Below are positions 57,753 through 64,000 of a DNA stretch of 64,000 nucleotides, piece by piece; position 1 is the first letter of the stretch, and each line of letters opens with the position of its first letter. A model generated the notes under the pieces. That model did not search any database. It was not told the origin of the DNA and was given only the letters and a program-made list of their open reading frames with translations. The position numbers were made by a program, and so were the translations under genes. The DNA is from Rhodothermales bacterium (GTDB taxonomy: Bacteria > Bacteroidota > Rhodothermia > Rhodothermales > Bin80), in assembly GCA_022822185.1 (NCBI GenBank), contig JAJECE010000048.1:7809-71808 (forward strand), given 5' to 3'.

Positions 57753-58043
57753 TTATATTACCCAGGGATCTCCTAATCCGTGAGATTGAGTGACACCGAA
57801 TCTCGTCTTCGAGTCATCAATATCACCGGGAAACCGATATATGATCACGGAGTCTTTTCGCTTATCAATTACATCCTCAATCTCAACGGTCATTCTGGCG
57901 AAGCGAGTGGGGGACAGTCTGCATTCAAAGACTGAAAATTGTGTTCGCTGGCCATATTTTTCGCAAATCTCCGCAATGCGTCGCAATCTTGAAGCCCCAG
58001 AGTTTTCTGTATCGGCAATGTCATATGTTACGAGAATGTCCAT
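57753..58043 (-). CDS. cas2: CRISPR-associated endoribonuclease Cas2
   Basis: Start at the ATG at 58043 (MDILVTYDIADTENSGASRLRRIAEICEKYGQRTQFSVFECRLS), the canonical Cas2 ferredoxin-fold N-terminus. The ORF is open further upstream, but that part overlaps cas1. Confidence 0.9.
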   Translation of the reverse strand: MDILVTYDIADTENSGASRLRRIAEICEKYGQRTQFSVFECRLSPTRFARMTVEIEDVIDKRKDSVIIYRFPGDIDDSKTRFGVTQSHGLGDPWVI

Positions 58044-58048
58044 CGCTT

Positions 58049-59065
58049 CTATGGCAAGACAAATGGAGGATATGACGGTAGATCTTTCCGCAGATAACGT
58101 GCCAGTAAAGTAGCCTGTACAGATGGTAATGCCCAACGACCTACATGTCTATTCAATAGTTGATGGCGAATTTCGGATCCCTTATGCTCCTCCCATATTT
58201 TTATCAGTTTTGTTCGTCCATTATCATTGAGGTACACTCCTCCGCCCGGTGTTTCAACAAAATGGGATTGAATGATTTGTCTTCGCCGAATCAATGACAC
58301 GACAAATCGATCAGTAAGTGCACGAAACTCCTCGGCAAGATCAAGCGCAAGCGATGGCCGTCCAGATCTTGGACGATGGAAAAACCCCATTTGATAATCA
58401 AGACCGACAGATTCAGCGGCCCCAATACATTCAGTCACAAGCATTCCATAGCAAAATCCAAGTAACGCGTTAACAGGGTCACGCGGCGGTCTGCGAGATC
58501 TCGCTGGAAATTTAAAGTCATATGGGGTGACTATCTGATTAAGAACACGGAAATAAATTCTTGCTGCGTCGCCCTCAATGCCGCGAACATGGTCACTAGT
58601 TGATGCTTGCGCCAAGCGTTCAACTCGTTTGTGTATCAACTTACCCTGTCTAGCAAGTTTCTCAGAATCTTGCGGATTGCTTGCATCCCGTGACCATCTT
58701 TCCACTACCTTCCGGCTGTTTTGAATTTTAGCTGCAACAATATTTTTCGAAAGTTCAAGCGACAGTGACTCATTCGCTACTACTTGAAATAATGCCGTTC
58801 GTAAGTGAATATTGCCACTGGTTCCAGCATGGACTACGAATCGGATTTTTCCGCTCATCTGCATAGAAGATACGCGAACGCCATGGCGAACGCACGCATC
58901 AATAGCCTGTGTGGTAATCTGTGCACCGCCCAGTAATACTAACGCATCAATTGCTTCCAGTGGAATACGCTGTCTTCCTTCAGGCGAAGACACCATGAGA
59001 GCGCCTCTACGGTGCTTAATGCGTGCACGGTGATTGCGAACATATGCTGTACTCAAGTATCGCAT
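58049..59065 (-). CDS. cas1: CRISPR-associated integrase Cas1
   Basis: 338 aa. Typical N-terminal beta domain (ARIKHRRGALMV...IPLEAIDALVLLGGAQITTQAIDACVRHGVRV). C-terminal catalytic region (NALLGFCYGML...GLDYQMGFFHRPRSGRPSLALDLAEEFR). Confidence 0.95.
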   Translation of the reverse strand: MRYLSTAYVRNHRARIKHRRGALMVSSPEGRQRIPLEAIDALVLLGGAQITTQAIDACVRHGVRVSSMQMSGKIRFVVHAGTSGNIHLRTALFQVVANESLSLELSKNIVAAKIQNSRKVVERWSRDASNPQDSEKLARQGKLIHKRVERLAQASTSDHVRGIEGDAARIYFRVLNQIVTPYDFKFPARSRRPPRDPVNALLGFCYGMLVTECIGAAESVGLDYQMGFFHRPRSGRPSLALDLAEEFRALTDRFVVSLIRRRQIIQSHFVETPGGGVYLNDNGRTKLIKIWEEHKGSEIRHQLLNRHVGRWALPSVQATLLARYLRKDLPSYPPFVLP

Positions 59066-59670
59066 CCAAAAACGAGTTCCGTCAGGTACTTATTTACTCT
59101 GTTTGGCGAACTCGTCAGTTCGGGTAGGCAGTATTGGAGAAATTGGCACTGGCTACATCTTTTGTCATTCGGTGCTTCTGGGAGTTCTGCGGTCAGAATT
59201 TGCTCTCGAATTTGTTGAACAATTTCTTTAACTTCTTCCCTGAGGGTAGATGTAAAGTCAATCTGGACGCGACGCCTGGGGCCACCATACCATATAAAAC
59301 CATAAGAAATGTTAGTGTTGAGCATTTCTTCAAGACATAATGCTTGTGCACACAACTGAAGATCTGCAGTTACTCCATGACGTACACCTGACTTATATTC
59401 AACGGGATGAATGTTTTCACCCACTATCTCGACCGCATCGGCACGTCCAGACAGCCCCAATGCTTCGGACCAAAGGGGTATAGCCCGAAGAACCTGTCGT
59501 CCTCTTTCTTGGCGATGTTGTCCGCTATCTACTCTGCGATGTGCTCGTTTTCCGTGAGTGGTATGTGGGTTATCACTCCATATGCTGTCGCAATGAATTA
59601 AAGCACATTGCCTCGGACAATAGGCAAAATGCTCAATGGCTGATATCAGAATAACAGGATCAGAATTCAC
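59053..59670 (-). CDS. cas4: CRISPR-associated exonuclease Cas4 (stand-alone)
   Basis: 205 aa, GTG start. ISAIEHFAYCPRQCALIH, plus a C-terminal Cys cluster CSQCQFLQYC (four-Cys Fe-S pattern) and a RecB-like core (DAVEI...HPVEYKSG). Confidence 0.9.
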   Translation of the reverse strand: MNSDPVILISAIEHFAYCPRQCALIHCDSIWSDNPHTTHGKRAHRRVDSGQHRQERGRQVLRAIPLWSEALGLSGRADAVEIVGENIHPVEYKSGVRHGVTADLQLCAQALCLEEMLNTNISYGFIWYGGPRRRVQIDFTSTLREEVKEIVQQIREQILTAELPEAPNDKRCSQCQFLQYCLPELTSSPNRVNKYLTELVFGCDT

Positions 59671-60569
59671 AGTCTTTCGCTGCCAAATGCCCTTGTAGGA
59701 TCATTATCCACTTTTCTTTCGAACTGAACACTCCGCCAGCCCTCATGAATTCCCAACAGATCCCATGATGGCTTGTCTTTGGGATCCCAGATGTCCATGA
59801 GTGCGTCTATGGCGTTATAGTCAAGGGGCTGGCTCCATGCTGGCCAATAAAACTGAAGGTCTTTTTGGTTTGATGTATTTTTCCGCCATCCCCGCTGTCG
59901 TTTTCCAGTTTTTGTTTTTCGCCGATCTAATTGTTGATCAATCCCGTTTCCGCGAACCGGGAACATGGAAAGACCAAAAAATGCAAGTATTTCAATAATG
60001 GGGTCAGTCATAGGATTGGTGTCATCAGACAATGACCCAAGTCGAGTTTGATCAAAGCCTAAGCCATTTTTCTTAATTCGAGTAGCATAGCCCCTCAGTG
60101 ACTCTTGTACTCGAGTTTCTGAAAGGTCTAATTTTTTCTGAAGAGAGAATAATCTATCGTGTAATGTTAGCCCTTTTGGCGCGGATGGATCAAAGGGAGC
60201 ATGTTCAACATTGCCCTCTTTGTTGATACAGAGATCGGACATTGTTGACGATAATGTCCACGAGTGAGGATGTGGACGGGCCATTTTCGCTCTCTGCCTG
60301 AACACTTCTGCCGGAACATTTCGCTTCATCTGCTCAGTATCCCTCCAATGCTTAGCTATCGGTAGGTCATTGAGTACATCTCTGGATGGCCACGACTCGA
60401 CAAGAGTATTAACTGGATGGGTTATATCTGTTGTTAATACAGCTGTTGGTTCCGAATCTGCTGTCCAGTGCAGGCGAATTCTAGCATCCAGAAAGGTAGT
60501 TCCAACTGCTGCAAGCCAGGCATTAATCCATTTAGCAGGCAATCCTGGGCAGATAATTTCCTGAAGCAT
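59667..60569 (-). CDS. Type I-G (I-U) accessory/large-subunit candidate, Csb3-like
   Basis: 300 aa. Coupled on both sides (GTGA overlap with cas4; 2 nt after the cas3 stop codon). The N-terminus CPGLPAKWINAWLAAVG recalls the Csx17/Csb3 N-terminal motif. Assignment rests mainly on position and is tentative. Confidence 0.5.
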   Translation of the reverse strand: MLQEIICPGLPAKWINAWLAAVGTTFLDARIRLHWTADSEPTAVLTTDITHPVNTLVESWPSRDVLNDLPIAKHWRDTEQMKRNVPAEVFRQRAKMARPHPHSWTLSSTMSDLCINKEGNVEHAPFDPSAPKGLTLHDRLFSLQKKLDLSETRVQESLRGYATRIKKNGLGFDQTRLGSLSDDTNPMTDPIIEILAFFGLSMFPVRGNGIDQQLDRRKTKTGKRQRGWRKNTSNQKDLQFYWPAWSQPLDYNAIDALMDIWDPKDKPSWDLLGIHEGWRSVQFERKVDNDPTRAFGSERL

Positions 60570-60571
60570 TA

Positions 60572-63397
60572 TTAATCTGTGTTTGAAGGTATATTTATTC
60601 CGGCAGAGACTGCATGGTCTGAAAGCCTCAATATGGCTTCAAGTAAAGCCAATCCCCATGGCCCGAAATGTTCATTGAGTTTCTGGAAGCGGGAAGGCTG
60701 TTCCCAGTCCACGATTCTGAGGTCAGCCGGAGCACTCACAATCTCACCTGTAATGGATTGATCAATCGTGAGTGATGTGTTATCTACAACCGGTTTGATA
60801 ATCGGCCGACCTTTTCCATGGTGGCTAATTATCAGATGCATTAGAAGTTTTCTTTTCATTGGATCTCCCCACTGTGGGTTCTTGTCGAGCCAGGCACGGA
60901 CCAAGTGCGCCGATAAGGCTTCGTGGCGGCCGTGTCTTGGCCATCCAGAAGCAATGCGCCTTGATTCGCGCTTATGGTAGGGGGTATCCGACTTGGCCAA
61001 GCAAGTATCTGGATTGTGCCAGTCAGGGTCAAGCCATCGCTGAAACCGCTCATCGGCTTTGCCAATATCGTGCAGTTTGCCGGCAAATCTCACAACCTCA
61101 GTCAATTCCCCCGATATTCCAATACGATCACAGATTGATTGAGTCAAACGAGACACGGCTTCACCATGCGGTTCCAGTTTAACTGCAGAGTATGCAAGAG
61201 ACCGCTCATCGTAATCATCATTTGGCTTTTCAGGCGGTGACTTCATCACTTTTAGACGAGACACCTCTTTGTAGGGAGTTAGAACTCCCGTTTTTACATC
61301 CAATGAATTGACAAATTCACCCCATTCTTCAGGGGCCCAGCCATGCGGGACTGACTCGGTGATCTTACGTAAAATTTTGGCCATTGCATCGATCTGTTCC
61401 TGGGGGGCAATCTCAATGGCATCATGAGGGGATTTTCCCAGCACAGTATTCAGTAGATCCTGTAGTAACGTATCCACTGTAATCCCTATACGCCCAAATG
61501 CTTCCGCATTAAGGGGCAGTCCGTGGCCATTTAGAGATACATCCAGAACCGGATCGGTTGCTTCGTGATTCCAACCGAATTCATCCATGAGCCCACAATC
61601 TGAACGCAACACTATTTGATCTCTTGGCCGGAGCAATCCTAGCTCAATCTCTTCTACGGTTATCCCGTCAGAGCCTAAACGAGATACCTTTTCGCTGCCC
61701 CAGCTCTTTTTCCAGGCATTGCGAAACTCGCCAATGGGGACATCAATTGATTCACGGTCACTAGCGCGTGGCCATAAACGGTTCCTGTCTTTTGGTACAT
61801 GGGCTCGCCAAATTACAGATACGAATTTTTGTGTGCCGCTGATACCGCTAAAATATGGTTCAACAGGGGCTTCTCCTTCTACCGGATAAGAAGTCTTTAT
61901 CCATTCCCACAGAATCCCAGGCAAGAGTTCAGGTGCGCTGCTGTTAAGACCATCACATGGTGAACCCAAGATAGTCTGCACATGCGCAGGGGATAAATTA
62001 ATCAATTTTGAAGCATTATTTTTGCGGTGGAGATCCAGTCTGCCAAGCAGGATCTGAGGTTCCTTCCCGTAGACCGGCCAGACATCATTTTTGCGGCTAT
62101 CTGTCGGTGTATGTACATATACGGCGTGAGCCTCTTCAAATCTTCCAAAGCGATTTAGCCGGCCAAGCCGTTGCGTAAGTGCGCGAACTCCGCATTGTTC
62201 TGTAACCAGATATTTCGCATCAATATCTGCCCCAACCTCCAGTGTCTGCGTAGCGACGACAATAAGGTGCTGAGTACGTTTACAGTTTTTATCATCTGAT
62301 GAATGCATTCCCTCAAGAATGCGTTGTCGCATTTGCCCTGCTTCCCGTTCTCGGATTCGCCCTGTTAGAAGCAACACCTCGGCATCTTTCATCAACTTCG
62401 TAACATGCCCAAACGTCATCCTCGCAATCCTGGGAGTGTTACAAAAAACGATGCAGGTTGCCGGGGGAGCATGTTGCAGTAGTTTAAATGTAGCTTCCGC
62501 CACAGGATTTTTATTTTTCTGTACGTTTTTGACAACTCTTATTTCAAGCAGCTTTGTAGCATTCAAGCGTTTTTTTATTTCTGGATGTTTCTCGTCTTCC
62601 TCATTGAGCAGGAATCTATCCTCGCTGGCTGGATCACCGGTAGCAGTCAATTGAACCAGTGTAGCCCGTAGACGAGCTTCATTCAGAATGGGATGTATGT
62701 CTGGTGTGCAGGCAGCAATCGCTGAGTGTAATGTCCTTAAATGCGGGGTTAAGTGGGCCTCGTCCAGCAAGATTAAACTATCGGTTCCTGCCATTGCGGC
62801 ATCAATTGATCGCATTCCTGAACTGGATCCATAGCCCCGAAATAATAACCGGGAACCATACATTGGAAGCGTTGCCAGAAGAATAGCCGGCTGAGAAGGA
62901 CTGCTAGGTCGATGAGACGCAATCCCTCCGCGAAGCCGAATTACCTCAAGCGGCTCTGCACTGCTATATCCGGCGATATGTCGTAACCGATCTGCTACGA
63001 TCTTGATAATTTGCCTCTCCTGTGGTTTAAGTTCAAAATTCTCGTGATCAGGATTACGAAGCATATGCCCTATTTTACATGCGTGGGCAAACGTTGAATC
63101 TACAAGCAATCTCCGGTTGACCACCCACCAGATGCGCGTTGGTGCAATTCGTTGGGCTGGTTCACATTCAGCTTGCGAGGCCAACCACCATATTGCAATA
63201 TCTAAACAGGTAGTTTTGCCGAGACCGGTAGGTATACCAATTTCAGAGTACCACCTACCCGTGGACGCAATTTGGTTGGCTAAGCGGGATTGCCATGGGA
63301 AGGGGGGGCGCCCGTTAATCGCTTTATAGAATTCGTCGAAAGTTGGCATCGCCGTGTGCATAAACATATCTCTCAATTTCAGAGATTTATGTAACAA
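60572..63397 (-). CDS. cas3: Cas3 helicase with C-terminal HD nuclease domain (type I-G/I-U architecture)
   Basis: 941 aa. The ORF starts at TTG 63397; the first ATG is at 63367. Helicase motif I GIPTGLGKTT, motif II LILLDEAHL, later helicase motifs (ATQTLEVGADID). HD domain at the C-terminus (AGKLHDIGKADERFQ ... ISHHG ... LRLSDH). Confidence 0.9.
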   Translation of the reverse strand: MLHKSLKLRDMFMHTAMPTFDEFYKAINGRPPFPWQSRLANQIASTGRWYSEIGIPTGLGKTTCLDIAIWWLASQAECEPAQRIAPTRIWWVVNRRLLVDSTFAHACKIGHMLRNPDHENFELKPQERQIIKIVADRLRHIAGYSSAEPLEVIRLRGGIASHRPSSPSQPAILLATLPMYGSRLLFRGYGSSSGMRSIDAAMAGTDSLILLDEAHLTPHLRTLHSAIAACTPDIHPILNEARLRATLVQLTATGDPASEDRFLLNEEDEKHPEIKKRLNATKLLEIRVVKNVQKNKNPVAEATFKLLQHAPPATCIVFCNTPRIARMTFGHVTKLMKDAEVLLLTGRIREREAGQMRQRILEGMHSSDDKNCKRTQHLIVVATQTLEVGADIDAKYLVTEQCGVRALTQRLGRLNRFGRFEEAHAVYVHTPTDSRKNDVWPVYGKEPQILLGRLDLHRKNNASKLINLSPAHVQTILGSPCDGLNSSAPELLPGILWEWIKTSYPVEGEAPVEPYFSGISGTQKFVSVIWRAHVPKDRNRLWPRASDRESIDVPIGEFRNAWKKSWGSEKVSRLGSDGITVEEIELGLLRPRDQIVLRSDCGLMDEFGWNHEATDPVLDVSLNGHGLPLNAEAFGRIGITVDTLLQDLLNTVLGKSPHDAIEIAPQEQIDAMAKILRKITESVPHGWAPEEWGEFVNSLDVKTGVLTPYKEVSRLKVMKSPPEKPNDDYDERSLAYSAVKLEPHGEAVSRLTQSICDRIGISGELTEVVRFAGKLHDIGKADERFQRWLDPDWHNPDTCLAKSDTPYHKRESRRIASGWPRHGRHEALSAHLVRAWLDKNPQWGDPMKRKLLMHLIISHHGKGRPIIKPVVDNTSLTIDQSITGEIVSAPADLRIVDWEQPSRFQKLNEHFGPWGLALLEAILRLSDHAVSAGINIPSNTD

Positions 63398-63406
63398 CCT
63401 TAGTTC

Positions 63407-64000
63407 TTATTTTGGCGGGATGCAAAGCCCGAATCCACGTTGCCGACCGGATCCGATTAGAACCGGACCATGAACTGGCTGGGCGAACCGTATCCAGATA
63501 TGAGAATAGGGCAAGGCAGGTTTGTTAGGTCGGTTTACTTCAACGGGTGCTAAGTCAACTGCACCTGAAATCAATGGTGTGCGAGAGGATTGGAAGTCAA
63601 TCGGTTTGGGTAGTCCTGCGTGACGGCACCATCTGGCTATTTCGCCTAAGTCGATAGTTCTGCGGCGCTCATGGATGGCAGGGAATGCGGTTATCCATTC
63701 CTCGGATAACTTGAGCCACCTCCATGAATTTGCAGCAATTGGACGGTCATTGTGGGTGTGAGGCTCAGGATGAGGCGCAACGGATACATTGAGCATTGTT
63801 CCAGTAATTTGCCTTATAGCAAGTGCTGCGTTACGAGATCGTTCACACTCTATTGGGCAGCTTTTGGGAGGCATCCATAATGCTATGCCATGAATTCGTC
63901 CTTTTGATGTTGGATAACCCACATCCGGAAGAGCCAGATATCGTGCAATCTCATAACCTTTGTCACGAAATCCGTGGCCATGCAGAACCTGGGGTGGTTC
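63407..64000 (-). CDS. csb2: Csb2 (Cas5/Cas6-fusion, GSU0054 family), 5'-truncated by the window edge
   Basis: The frame stays open to position 64000 (...HGHGFRDKGYEIARYLALPDVGYPTSKGRIHGIALWMPP). The C-terminus ends with the glycine-rich loop IGSGRQRGFGLCIPP, typical of Csb2/Cas6-like proteins. Confidence 0.65.
   Translation of the reverse strand, partial: EPPQVLHGHGFRDKGYEIARYLALPDVGYPTSKGRIHGIALWMPPKSCPIECERSRNAALAIRQITGTMLNVSVAPHPEPHTHNDRPIAANSWRWLKLSEEWITAFPAIHERRRTIDLGEIARWCRHAGLPKPIDFQSSRTPLISGAVDLAPVEVNRPNKPALPYSHIWIRFAQPVHGPVLIGSGRQRGFGLCIPPK

Noticed and set aside
57753-58136. Full 127-aa ORF for cas2 starting at 58136.
   Set aside because: The first 31 codons overlap the cas1 3' end and are not Cas2-like. 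The canonical Cas2 N-terminus MDILVTYDI begins at the ATG at 58043.

Overview
This window looks like chromosomal DNA from a Bacteroidota-like bacterium (Balneolales/Rhodothermales style). That taxonomic guess rests on gene content only. All domain calls come from reading motifs in the supplied translations; no database search was possible. 0.3-20.4 kb carries a TonB-dependent receptor and an ECF-sigma/FecR/STN-TonB-transducer/DUF4249 surface-signalling module. It also holds recX, a purine nucleoside phosphorylase, hisD-hisC, a BFN nuclease, bshC, a sulfatase and two secreted nucleases (DUF1524/HNH-like and PLD/HKD). 20.5-25.4 kb is a visibly AT-richer islet bracketed by two decayed transposase genes (IS256-type and IS1634/IS4-type). 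It carries a three-gene module: a membrane-anchored CxxC thioredoxin-like protein, a 93-aa six-cysteine signal-anchored peptide and a 6-bladed beta-propeller. 25.5-48 kb is mostly stress, catabolic and housekeeping genes: OsmC, VOC, HAD, an aminotransferase, two more sulfatases, a 978-aa multidomain lipoprotein, cupin, a PEP-hydrolase-like protein, Gfo/Idh/MocA, aroB, htrA, fumC and panC. Two toxin-antitoxin-type loci interrupt it: hipBA with an unusually long HipB, and a Panacea/DUF4065 protein followed by a small 2-TM protein. 48.2-64 kb is a defence island. It starts with a NucS-like PD-(D/E)xK protein, then a translationally coupled pair: an AAA(DUF4143) ATPase and a 1404-aa NACHT/STAND NTPase with a C-terminal PD-(D/E)xK nuclease domain. 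The stop codon of the 1404-aa gene abuts the decayed trailer end of a CRISPR array (31 intact 37-bp repeats plus 3 degenerate ones). A leader and a type I-G (formerly I-U) cas operon follow on the minus strand: csb2 (partial), cas3, csb3-like, cas4, cas1, cas2. The best candidate for an undescribed system is the ATPase + NACHT-nuclease pair at 49.6-55.1 kb. Secondary candidates are the IS-bracketed cysteine-rich peptide module and the Panacea pair.
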